A DNA stretch of 32,000 nt from Caldimicrobium thiodismutans (GCF_001548275.1 NZ_AP014945.1:870001-902000); one strand, 5' to 3'; counted from the first letter of the stretch, positions 1-7,677 are shown. Notes: generated by a model not told the origin, from the letters alone. Numbers and translations are program-made.

Positions 1-1
1 T

Positions 2-967
2 AGGAGCCTTAAGGGCTGTTCAGCAAATCTACTTTCTACAGCTTCTGCTATGGAAGAGCTTGCAAGCGGAAGAGGGGATCTCACCTTCAGACTCAATGTA
101 AAAACTGAGGACGAAATAGGGCTTCTTGCAGGATATTTTAATCAATTTATGGAGACCTTAAGTAATATAATGAGAAGCTTTGTGGAAAAAGTTAAGGTTC
201 TTTTTTCAGGGGCAGAAAAGCTTGAAGACGATGTAAAAACCTTAGAATCAGAAAGTATTGCCTTCAAAGAAAGAGCAGAGTTTATCTCTCTTTCCTCTAC
301 AGAAATTCTTTCAAGTATGGAAGAGGTTTCCAAATCTTTACAAGAATTGTCCTCTGCAATAACGGAGATTTCTCAGAGAGCTCAGGATTCTTCCGGAGTG
401 GTCAGGGAAACCGTTTCAACAGTTGAATCAACGAAGGATAAGGTTGAGTTTTTAAAACAGGCTTCCTCTGAGATTGGCGAGGTTGTTAATCTTATAAACA
501 GCATTGCGGAGCAGACAAACCTTCTTGCCCTCAATGCCTCAATTGAAGCAGCTCGTGCAGGAGAAGCTGGAAAAGGCTTTGCAGTGGTAGCCAATGAAGT
601 GAAAGAGCTTGCAAGACAAACCCAGGAAGCTACTCAAACCATTGCAGAGAAGATTAGACTTCTTCAGGATAGTAGTTCTGAAGTTTCAACCGGGGTTGAA
701 GAGGTTGTAAATCTAATCAAAAAGGTTGAGGATGCTTCCACTGCTATTGCAGGTGCAGTTGAAGAACAGACCATTGTAGTAAATACTGTTGCTGACCACA
801 TTCTTGGGGTAAAAGACAAGGTTATGATTAATGAAGAACAGGCCAATCAAATACGCAATTCGGTAGATAATCTTGTGTATCTAGCTGAAAGATTAAAAGA
901 GGTAAGTTCTCAAGTCAAAGGAGTGGCTAATGAAATAAAGGAAATTACCTCTCAATTTAAAATATAG
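2..967 (+). CDS. Methyl-accepting chemotaxis protein, C-terminal part (5' end lies outside the window)
   Basis: The frame is open from nt 2, with no stop before the listed ATG at 50. HAMP-like [17 protein letters not shown]. Canonical MCP signalling-tip motif [38 protein letters not shown]. Confidence 0.9.
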   Translation, partial: RSLKGCSANLLSTASAMEELASGRGDLTFRLNVKTEDEIGLLAGYFNQFMETLSNIMRSFVEKVKVLFSGAEKLEDDVKTLESESIAFKERAEFISLSSTEILSSMEEVSKSLQELSSAITEISQRAQDSSGVVRETVSTVESTKDKVEFLKQASSEIGEVVNLINSIAEQTNLLALNASIEAARAGEAGKGFAVVANEVKELARQTQEATQTIAEKIRLLQDSSSEVSTGVEEVVNLIKKVEDASTAIAGAVEEQTIVVNTVADHILGVKDKVMINEEQANQIRNSVDNLVYLAERLKEVSSQVKGVANEIKEITSQFKI

Positions 968-988
968 GAGGAATAAGAAAAAGCTCTC

Positions 989-1237
989 TGTATAAGTTCA
1001 GATCTTTGCAAGAAAATGGAAGGGTAGTAAGAGGTGAGAGGTAAGAGGTGAGAGTAGGGGAAACCCTTGCGTGTCTGCCCAATAATATATAAAACATATA
1101 ACAGGCAAACCCATAGGGTTGCCCCTACAAAATACAGATTCATTTACTTACAACAGAAGTAGTAGAAAAATCCTCTTGAGTCTCAAAAGATATGGACGCA
1201 TACACTATCTTGATAAAATTAGAAATTGATGTATCTT
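989..1237 (+). repeat. Copy A of an intergenic repeat family (MITE/REPIN-like, with outward promoter-like module at its right end)
   Basis: Nearly identical, as reverse complement, to 11462-11752. Contains TIR-like ends (tgtataagttcagatctttgcaaga ... tctcaaaagatatggacgcatac), 4 heptamers GTRAGAG (1027-1054), a GTAGGGG...CCCCTAC inverted pair, then TTGATA(1210-1215)-N16-TATCTT(1232-1237). Confidence 0.85.
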
Positions 1238-1253
1238 TGAAGATTGAGGGTAT

Positions 1254-1325
1254 GGGCGGTTAGCTCAGGGGTAGAGCGCCATCCTCACACGGTGGATGTC
1301 GGAGGTTCAAATCCTCCACCGCCCA
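1254..1325 (+). tRNA. tRNA-Val (anticodon CAC)
   Basis: 72-nt cloverleaf: acceptor GGGCGGT/ACCGCCC, D stem GCTC/GAGC, anticodon stem CCATC/GGTGG with loop CTCACAC, T stem GGAGG/CCTCC with loop TTCAAAT, discriminator A. CCA is not encoded. Confidence 0.93.
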
Positions 1326-1381
1326 TTTCACTCCTTGCTCCTAAAAATTTAGGGGCCAAAAAGACCAGAAGGAGGGTAAAC
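1326..1381 (+). promoter_or_regulatory. Possible rpsF 5' leader hairpin that sequesters the SD (candidate S6:S18 autoregulatory leader)
   Basis: CTCCTT (1331-1336) is complementary to AAGGAG (1369-1374, the rpsF SD). A nested CCTAAA..TTTAGG hairpin lies between them. Confidence 0.3.
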
Positions 1382-1717
1382 ATGTTTGAGATTCCAAAGG
1401 CTGAGCGTTTTCGTAAGTGGGAAACCCTTTTTATCATTCATCCTGATCGGGTGGATGAAAAGGATTCCCTTCTGGAAAAGTTTAGACAAATTGTTCAAGG
1501 AAAATCTGGAGAGGTGCTTAAACTTGAGGAATGGGGTCTGAGAAAACTTGCTTATCCCATTGCTAAGAAGAGAAAAGGTTATTATGTGCTTGCAGAATTT
1601 TCAGGTAAGGCGGACCTTCCTCAAGAGCTTGAAAATTTCTTTCGCATTGATGAACGGGTTATCCGTTTTATTATCGTTAAATTAGAAGAAAGGTTTAAAC
1701 CTGAGATCCAGAACTAA
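1382..1717 (+). CDS. rpsF: 30S ribosomal protein S6
   Basis: The listed ORF start at 1244 lies inside the tRNA. ATG 1382 follows a GGAGGG SD. MFEIPKAERFRKWETLFIIHP...WGLRKLAYPI is typical S6, and the rpsF-rpsR-rplI order fits. Confidence 0.93.
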   Translation: MFEIPKAERFRKWETLFIIHPDRVDEKDSLLEKFRQIVQGKSGEVLKLEEWGLRKLAYPIAKKRKGYYVLAEFSGKADLPQELENFFRIDERVIRFIIVKLEERFKPEIQN

Positions 1718-1965
1718 GGAGGAGTCAACAATCAGAAAATAGGGTAAGGTAAAAATGTTAACCATGGCAAATAACCTTGGAATTATTAATCCTTCAATTA
1801 AATTTTTGATGGGAGTAGAATTAAAGTTGTCCCTTACTCCATCCTCCCGTGTGGCGAGAGCTTTTAGCTTAAACCTTCTCATTGGGAGTTGAGGGACAAA
1901 ATTAAACAAAGAAGACATGCTTATATTATAAACAAAAAAATTGCAGGTGGAGGTGGAGGAAAAAA

Positions 1966-2220
1966 ATGGATAATAATGTGACTGTTAAAAAGAGATTTTT
2001 TCCCAGAAAAAAGGTTTGTAGATTCTGTGCAGATCCAAGCCTTGTTATTGATTATAAAAATCCGGATCTTCTTAAAAACTTTATTAATGAAAAGGGTATG
2101 ATTTTTCATCGCAGACAAACAGGCAACTGCGCCTTTCATCAAAGGGAATTAACTACTGCTATAAAAAGGGCAAGAGTAATGGCTCTTCTTCCCTTTGTGG
2201 TTGATGTTGAGATTGAATAG
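1966..2220 (+). CDS. rpsR: 30S ribosomal protein S18
   Basis: [56 protein letters not shown] is typical S18. SD GGAGGTGGAGGA upstream. Confidence 0.95.
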   Translation: MDNNVTVKKRFFPRKKVCRFCADPSLVIDYKNPDLLKNFINEKGMIFHRRQTGNCAFHQRELTTAIKRARVMALLPFVVDVEIE

Positions 2221-2234
2221 GAGGAGGTATTAAG

Positions 2235-2681
2235 ATGGAAGTTGTCTTAAGAAGAGATATCCCTAAGCTTGGGAAAGCCGGAGATGTGGTTAAAGTTAAG
2301 GATGGTTTTGCCAGAAACTATCTTATCCCCAAGGGGCTTGCTATTTTGGCAAATCAAAAGACAATCCAGGCCCTGGAAAGGGAAAGAAAGGTTATCTTAG
2401 CCAAGGCGGAAAAGGAAAAGAAAAAAGCCCTTGGTTTGGCTGAAAAACTGCAAGGACAAAGTTTAACTCTTTATAGAAAAGTGGTTGAAGAAGGGAGACT
2501 TTATGGTTCAGTGAGTGCTGTAGATATTGCTAAGGCTCTCCTTGAACAGGGTCTTGAAATTGACAAAAAACAAGTCCTTCTTGAGGAACCTCTGAAAACA
2601 GTGGGATCCTTTGAAGTGATGATTAAAGTCTCGCCTGAGATTTCAGTTCCTATTCGTGTTGAAATAATAGAAGAAAAGTAA
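2235..2681 (+). CDS. rplI: 50S ribosomal protein L9
   Basis: MEVVLRRDIPKLGKAGDVVKVKDGFARNYLIPKGLA is the L9 N-terminal signature. 148 aa. Confidence 0.95.
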   Translation: MEVVLRRDIPKLGKAGDVVKVKDGFARNYLIPKGLAILANQKTIQALERERKVILAKAEKEKKKALGLAEKLQGQSLTLYRKVVEEGRLYGSVSAVDIAKALLEQGLEIDKKQVLLEEPLKTVGSFEVMIKVSPEISVPIRVEIIEEK

Positions 2682-4067
2682 ATGCCTGATAATAAGAGGC
2701 GGGGTCAAAAAAAGGACAGTTTGAAAGATCCTCTTCAGACCCTGCCTTCTGAATTTTTACCCCCTCAAGATCTCCAGGCAGAGAAATTTTGCTTAGCAAG
2801 TATCCTCATTGACCCAGGTTCAGTTATAAAAGTTCTTGATCTTCTAAAGCCTGAAGATTTTTATTCAACTCCCAATCGCCTGATTTATCAAGCCTTTCTT
2901 AATCTTTTTGAGAGGGATGAGCCCATTGATCTTGTAACCACTTATAATGAACTTGAGCGCATGGGAGAGCTGGATAGGACTGGTGGAGCAGTATATTTGT
3001 CTGAACTTGCTGGGCTTCTTCCTACCTCAGCCCATCTTGTTCACTATGCCAAGATTGTTAAAGAAAAGAGTATCTTAAGAGAAATTATTCGCATATGTCA
3101 AGATCTTATCTATCGTTGTTATTATTCTATGGAAGACTCTCAGGAATTATTGAGTCAGGCTGAAAAAGCCCTTTTTGACCTGAGTTACCACGGAAAAAAA
3201 GAGACCTTTGCTCCTGTAAAAGAGGTTATTAAGGATACAATAAAGCATCTTGAGATGCTTTATCAAAAGGGGGACCTCATTACAGGAATCCCTACAGGTT
3301 TTTACGAGCTGGATAGACTCACAGCAGGACTTCAGAGAGGAGACCTTATAATACTTGCTGCCCGTCCAGGTATGGGAAAAACTGCCTTAGCCCTGGATGT
3401 AGTCAGAAATGCCTGTAAACAAAGCAAACTGGGGGCTGCTATTTTTTCCTTAGAGATGAGTAAGGAACAGCTTGTCTCCCGTATGTTATGTGCAGAAGGA
3501 AAGGTAAGCTTTCAGAAATTCAGGACAGGAACTCTGGAAGCTCAAGATTGGCAGAAAATTATCTATGGGGCAAGTGTGCTAAGTGAGCTTCCTATTTATA
3601 TTGATGATACTTCAGGTATAAATATACTTGAGGTAAAGGCCAAGGCAAGAAAGGTGATGAAAGAGATCCCTCTTGGATTGGTTGTGGTTGACTATCTACA
3701 GCTTATGCGAAGTATTGAGAGAAAAGAGAGAAGAGAACAAGAGATTTCAGAGATCTCAGCAGGCCTTAAGGCCCTGGCTAAGGAGCTCAATATTCCAGTG
3801 CTTGCTCTTTCTCAGTTAAACCGAAAGGTTGAAGAACGCCCTGACAAAAGGCCCCAACTCTCAGACCTTAGAGAATCAGGAGCCCTGGAACAAGACGCAG
3901 ATGTTATCCTTTTCATTTATCGTGATGAAGTCTATAACAAAGAGAGCCCTGAAAAGGGAATAGCTGAGATTATCATAGGAAAGCAGAGAAATGGCCCTGC
4001 AGGAGTTACTGTAAAGCTTGCCTATCTTTCTCAATTTACATCCTTTGCTAATTTAGAAAAAACATAA
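2682..4067 (+). CDS. dnaB: Replicative DNA helicase DnaB
   Basis: DnaB N-domain (PPQDLQAEKFCLASILID), Walker A ARPGMGKTALAL, Walker B VVVDYLQLM, SQLNR, and the GKQRNGP region. Start abuts the rplI stop (TAAATG). Confidence 0.95.
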   Translation: MPDNKRRGQKKDSLKDPLQTLPSEFLPPQDLQAEKFCLASILIDPGSVIKVLDLLKPEDFYSTPNRLIYQAFLNLFERDEPIDLVTTYNELERMGELDRTGGAVYLSELAGLLPTSAHLVHYAKIVKEKSILREIIRICQDLIYRCYYSMEDSQELLSQAEKALFDLSYHGKKETFAPVKEVIKDTIKHLEMLYQKGDLITGIPTGFYELDRLTAGLQRGDLIILAARPGMGKTALALDVVRNACKQSKLGAAIFSLEMSKEQLVSRMLCAEGKVSFQKFRTGTLEAQDWQKIIYGASVLSELPIYIDDTSGINILEVKAKARKVMKEIPLGLVVVDYLQLMRSIERKERREQEISEISAGLKALAKELNIPVLALSQLNRKVEERPDKRPQLSDLRESGALEQDADVILFIYRDEVYNKESPEKGIAEIIIGKQRNGPAGVTVKLAYLSQFTSFANLEKT

Positions 4068-4077
4068 AAGATGCATT

Positions 4078-4680
4078 ATGGCTGAAAGAAAGAAAAGCAC
4101 CCTCAATGAGCTTTCCGAGATTTTAGCTGATACTATTAAAGAAGTTCTCTCTGCCAATACAGCAACCACTATCAAAGTAGCCCCAACCTTACAGAAGATA
4201 AACTCTGTAGCCTTAAGACCCGATTTATGTGCCTTTCTTGAATTCAACGGGGATTATAATGGTCTTCTCTGTATGAACTTTTCCAAAGAGGCTGCCTTTG
4301 AGCTTTACCAGAGGGCTATGCAATTTTTGGGGTTACCTGAGGAAGAAATCTCCCCAAATCCCCTCTCAGAGGAAGTTATAAACTTTATTGGTGAAATGGT
4401 TAATCAAATCATCGGTAATTTTCGCAAAAAGATAGAGCAAAAATATGGACTTACTGCTAAAAACAATCAGCCTATGGCTATCTCCATTTCCCATACTATC
4501 ATGATGTATATTGAAACTTCTCTGAACAACTCTCAGGCAAGAAAAATTAGCCTTCGCACCGAATCTGGGCATTCCTTTTATGCAGAGCTTTCCTTAGAAC
4601 AAACGGAATTTATCCCTCTTAAAGGCTTGGAAGGGGAGGATGATGCCTCTGTTGAAGAATTACTTAAAGAGTTTTTTTAA
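4078..4680 (+). CDS. CheC/CheX-like protein (putative chemotaxis phosphatase fold), function uncertain
   Basis: 200 aa. FIGEMVNQIIGNF matches the E-x2-N motif region of CheC/CheX-type proteins. No other recognisable domain. Confidence 0.35.
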   Translation: MAERKKSTLNELSEILADTIKEVLSANTATTIKVAPTLQKINSVALRPDLCAFLEFNGDYNGLLCMNFSKEAAFELYQRAMQFLGLPEEEISPNPLSEEVINFIGEMVNQIIGNFRKKIEQKYGLTAKNNQPMAISISHTIMMYIETSLNNSQARKISLRTESGHSFYAELSLEQTEFIPLKGLEGEDDASVEELLKEFF

Positions 4681-5529
4681 TTAATTCTTTACCACAAGAA
4701 CAGGTCTATCTCCAAGGGAGATTACCTTTTCTGTTACACTTCCCATAAGGAGTCTTTTAAGCCCGGTTTTTCCATAAGAACCCATAACCAGAAGACTTAT
4801 TCCCTTTTCTTCTGCAAAAGAAAGGATCTTTTCAACTGGATCGCCTTCAGTGATATCAACTTGGGTTTTTACACCTTCCTCCATGGCTTTCTCAGCATAT
4901 TCTTTCAGGACTTTCCCGACTTTTTCACCTATCCTTTCATAAAGCTGTGGCGATTCAGCTAAGGCCTCTACAGGAAGATCAATCACAGAAAAAAGGAAAA
5001 GCTCACTTTGATAATCCTTAGCTAATTTCAGGGCTTTATTATAGGCCTTTTCAGAAAAACTGGACAAATCCAGAGGAACAAGGATTTTATTCCAGGCAAC
5101 CCGGCTTTTAAAGGGCACAATCAGCACATCTACCGGACTATATCCTATCACCCTGGCTGCTGTGCTTCCAAGGAGAAGCCTTTGCATACCACTTCCTGTT
5201 TTTCCCATTACAATGAGATCGCAGTTCTCAGCATAGGCAAGATCCACAATCCTCTCAAAGGGCTCTCCCTCTTCAAGAACAAATTTAGCAAGGATTCTCT
5301 CTTCGGCAAGATAATTTTTGGCCCTGCTTATTAGGTCTTCATAGGGTTTAAACATAGTTTTCTGAAAGTCTCCCAAGACAAGCCCAAGGTCGCCAGTATA
5401 TTGAGGGGCAACGGTTGTAATCACTGCCCAGGTATCTTTATTTCTAATGATCTTCACAGCCTCACTTAAGGTATGCCAAGACTCCTCAGAAAGATCGATT
5501 GCCACAAGTATTTTTTTATAAATCCCCAT
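4681..5529 (-). CDS. Tandem universal stress protein (two Usp domains), paralog 1
   Basis: Two USP repeats, each ending with a G-x2-G-x8/9-G-S/T nucleotide motif (VMGKTGSGMQRLLLGST; VMGSYGKTGLKRLLMGSV). AGGAGG SD 7 nt upstream. Confidence 0.88.
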   Translation of the reverse strand: MGIYKKILVAIDLSEESWHTLSEAVKIIRNKDTWAVITTVAPQYTGDLGLVLGDFQKTMFKPYEDLISRAKNYLAEERILAKFVLEEGEPFERIVDLAYAENCDLIVMGKTGSGMQRLLLGSTAARVIGYSPVDVLIVPFKSRVAWNKILVPLDLSSFSEKAYNKALKLAKDYQSELFLFSVIDLPVEALAESPQLYERIGEKVGKVLKEYAEKAMEEGVKTQVDITEGDPVEKILSFAEEKGISLLVMGSYGKTGLKRLLMGSVTEKVISLGDRPVLVVKN

Positions 5530-5552
5530 TTCAAGACCTCCTGGTGCAAAGT

Positions 5553-5580
5553 GGGAGAGGTTCCCCTCTCCCTTTTTATT
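5553..5580 (+). terminator. GC hairpin plus T-run, intrinsic-terminator-like on the + strand, located between two minus-strand genes
   Basis: GGGAGAGG (5553-5560), loop ttcc, CCTCTCCC (5565-5572), followed by TTTTTATT on the + strand. On the minus strand the stem is followed only by acttt. Confidence 0.4.
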
Positions 5581-6693
5581 TTACTTTGTTTTAATAGAAG
5601 ATGCAGAGGTTTCAAGAACCCTTAAGCGTTTTTCTTCATAGATCCCTTTGATGAGGCTTTTAAAGATAATAAAGGCTGCCACAAGAAGAGCTATTGCATT
5701 TACCACAAAGCTTGCACTCTTCAACAAGCTGACAATAGAGGCATCCAGAGGGGCAATCCAGCCAAGTTTACTCAAATAAACAGGAAGCATAAGAGATCTG
5801 CTCAAAAGAATAATAAGCATAATAGTTCCCATCACAAATTTAATCATATAACCTTTTACATAGGTTGTTCCAATTGCCCCAAGCTGAACCCCAAAGAGAG
5901 AACCAAGAAGTATTAACATAGCAAGTCTTATATCCACAAATCCGCTCCAGGCATATTTAAAACTACCTATTGCTCCCATAACAAAGGCAATAACAAGCTC
6001 TGTTCCCGAGGCAAGCAAACTTGGAACACCAAGGATATACATCATAGATGGGACACCTATAAATCCACCCACTGCAATGGTTGCAGCAAGAAATCCTGTA
6101 GCAAATCCAAGGGGTATGGTAAAAAGAAAAGATATTCTTTGGTTAATGCTTTTAAAATAAAGCATGGTACCTGGAATGTTTAATTTATAGAGGAACTGAG
6201 CAATACGGGTTGGTTTTTCTTCTTCGGCAACCGAACCTTGCCCTTGCTTTTCAAGGGCCATAGACTTAAAGGCATCTTTAAGCACATAGAGACCGACTGT
6301 TGAAAGCACAATAATAAAGGCAACACTTACATAGAGGCTTGAACCTGCATCTCCCAGGGTCCTCTTTATATATTCCTGAACATGGGCCCCAAAAAGAACT
6401 CCAGCTTCAGCAGAAGCTCCCATAACGATTCCAAGCTTCACATCCACATGCCCAAATTTAGCCCTCTTTATAGCTCCCACTAAGGCCTTGGGAAATTTGT
6501 GACACATATTTGAGGCTACAGCCACAATTCCAGGAACTCCCATACTCATCATAGATGGAGTCAACACAAAGGCTCCACCTGACCCAATAAAACCACTCAC
6601 TAATCCCCCTACAAATCCAACAAAAACCAGGTAAATGATATGCCAGAGCTGTAAATCAATCATCTGAACTGCCTGCTGAACTACCTCCTGCAT
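5581..6693 (-). CDS. TauE/SafE (DUF81) family anion-exporter-like membrane protein
   Basis: 370 aa, polytopic. Two glycine-rich half-repeats (GGLVSGFIGSGGAFVLTP; AVGGFIGVPSMMYILG) separated by a hydrophilic loop, as in TauE/SafE permeases. SD GGGAGGTG. Confidence 0.8.
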   Translation of the reverse strand: MQEVVQQAVQMIDLQLWHIIYLVFVGFVGGLVSGFIGSGGAFVLTPSMMSMGVPGIVAVASNMCHKFPKALVGAIKRAKFGHVDVKLGIVMGASAEAGVLFGAHVQEYIKRTLGDAGSSLYVSVAFIIVLSTVGLYVLKDAFKSMALEKQGQGSVAEEEKPTRIAQFLYKLNIPGTMLYFKSINQRISFLFTIPLGFATGFLAATIAVGGFIGVPSMMYILGVPSLLASGTELVIAFVMGAIGSFKYAWSGFVDIRLAMLILLGSLFGVQLGAIGTTYVKGYMIKFVMGTIMLIILLSRSLMLPVYLSKLGWIAPLDASIVSLLKSASFVVNAIALLVAAFIIFKSLIKGIYEEKRLRVLETSASSIKTK

Positions 6694-6695
6694 GG

Positions 6696-6941
6696 TTACT
6701 TCACCTCCCTTCTTTTTTTGGCTTCAACCCCCAAAACCTTCCAGAAAAGATCCGTGGTATTTCCGTGAATAAAGGAAAAAACAAAGGCTGTAGCAATGGG
6801 TAGTAAGGCATAAAACCTACCCTTTGTAAAATACTCTGTAATAAGATCCTGTTTAGCTAAAAGAATGTAATAAAGAATAAAAGATAAAATCCCATAGATT
6901 AAAAACTTTCCAACTGGTTTCTTTTTCGTCATAGTAGCCAT
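6696..6941 (-). CDS. Small membrane protein (two predicted TM helices), unknown function
   Basis: 81 aa with hydrophobic segments FLIYGILSFILYYILLA and ALLPIATAFVFSFI and lysine-rich termini. SD AAGGAGGGAGGG. Stop lies 2 nt from the TauE start, suggesting coupled translation. Confidence 0.6.
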   Translation of the reverse strand: MATMTKKKPVGKFLIYGILSFILYYILLAKQDLITEYFTKGRFYALLPIATAFVFSFIHGNTTDLFWKVLGVEAKKRREVK

Positions 6942-6967
6942 TTTTTCCCTCCCTCCTTAAATAAAAT

Positions 6968-7552
6968 TTACATAGCGCCTCTTTCTTTAACCAGAATGAA
7001 GGGGAGACCCAATCTTTCCCAGATACCCTTGATGATTCTCTCATCCTCAGCCTGGGAATGCTTATGCGAGGGTTTTACAATCAAAAATTCAACCCCTTCA
7101 TTCTTTTTCACATACTCCATTAAAACTCTATCCAGACTTAAAGGGCTCTCTACATAACTAACCCTGAAGAGTATGCCCTCTGATTTGAGGTGATTCAGAA
7201 ATACCTCAAGGGCACTTCTTGAAGCCTCACTCTTTGAAAGCACAAGGACCTCAACTGGCAAATTTAGCCTCTTGCATAGCCCCTCCACATAACTCAGCAC
7301 CTCCTGATTAACTCCATCCTCCTCCAGAATAAAAAGCACCCTTTTTTTGGAATGAAGGATTAATCTTGCAGTATCCAGCTCACCAGCTTCAGCAAAGGTA
7401 ACCGCAGTGAAGATCTCATCCCAGGCTGGAGAAGGAGCTCTCTCTTTACGCTTTCTTTTTAAAAAGTACCTTGCTGTGTCTACATCACCTCCCTCTGCAA
7501 AAGTAATAGCTGTAAAATAGTCATCCCACTTTTTTCTGAGAAGTTCTAACAT
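6968..7552 (-). CDS. Hypothetical protein: two N-terminal ~23-aa repeats plus a C-terminal USP-like alpha/beta domain lacking the ATP motif
   Basis: WDDYFTAITFAEGGDVDTARYFL and WDEIFTAVTFAEAGELDTARLIL are internal repeats. The C-terminal KRVLFILEEDG...VEFLIVKP...LPFILV is USP-like but has no G-x2-G-x9-G-S/T. SD AAGGAGGGTGAGG. First gene after the sigma-54 promoter. Confidence 0.7.
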   Translation of the reverse strand: MLELLRKKWDDYFTAITFAEGGDVDTARYFLKRKRKERAPSPAWDEIFTAVTFAEAGELDTARLILHSKKRVLFILEEDGVNQEVLSYVEGLCKRLNLPVEVLVLSKSEASRSALEVFLNHLKSEGILFRVSYVESPLSLDRVLMEYVKKNEGVEFLIVKPSHKHSQAEDERIIKGIWERLGLPFILVKERGAM

Positions 7553-7594
7553 CTTTCCTCACCCTCCTTATATAAATTTTTATACCCTTTATTA

Positions 7595-7610
7595 TGCAAA
7601 GGTTGTGCCA
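7595..7610 (-). promoter_or_regulatory. Sigma-54 (RpoN) promoter, -24/-12 type
   Basis: The minus strand reads TGGCAC-aacct-TTGCA, an exact match to the TGGCAC-N5-TTGCW consensus, about 43 nt upstream of the ATG at 7552. A sigma-54 activator is encoded divergently. Confidence 0.8.
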
Positions 7611-7677
7611 GATTCTTTGTTTTATTTAAATCTTTGATATAACGAGAAAAAATAACTTTCAACTAAATAAATTTTCG

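Noticed and set aside
952-1143. ORFs lying inside the repeat copies: 952-1143(-), 11438-11686(-), 11557-11784(+), 15647-15829(-) and 15724-15939(+), translating to MNLYFVGATLWVC..., ...PFSCKDMNL and similar.
   Set aside because: They exist only because the repeat is duplicated. Heptamer copy number (4 versus 6 versus degenerate) and indels shift the frame between copies. They have no SD, and they overlap promoter and hairpin features. They are non-coding repeat sequence.
1244-1381. N-terminal extension of the rpsF ORF (MRVWAVSSGVERHPHTVDVGGSNPPPP...).
   Set aside because: This stretch is the tRNA-Val gene read as protein. The real rpsF start is ATG 1382, which has an SD.
1682-1918. 78-aa minus-strand ORF in the rpsF-rpsR gap.
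   Set aside because: It overlaps the rpsF 3' end, has no SD, shows no recognisable similarity and lies antisense within a ribosomal-protein operon. It is probably spurious.
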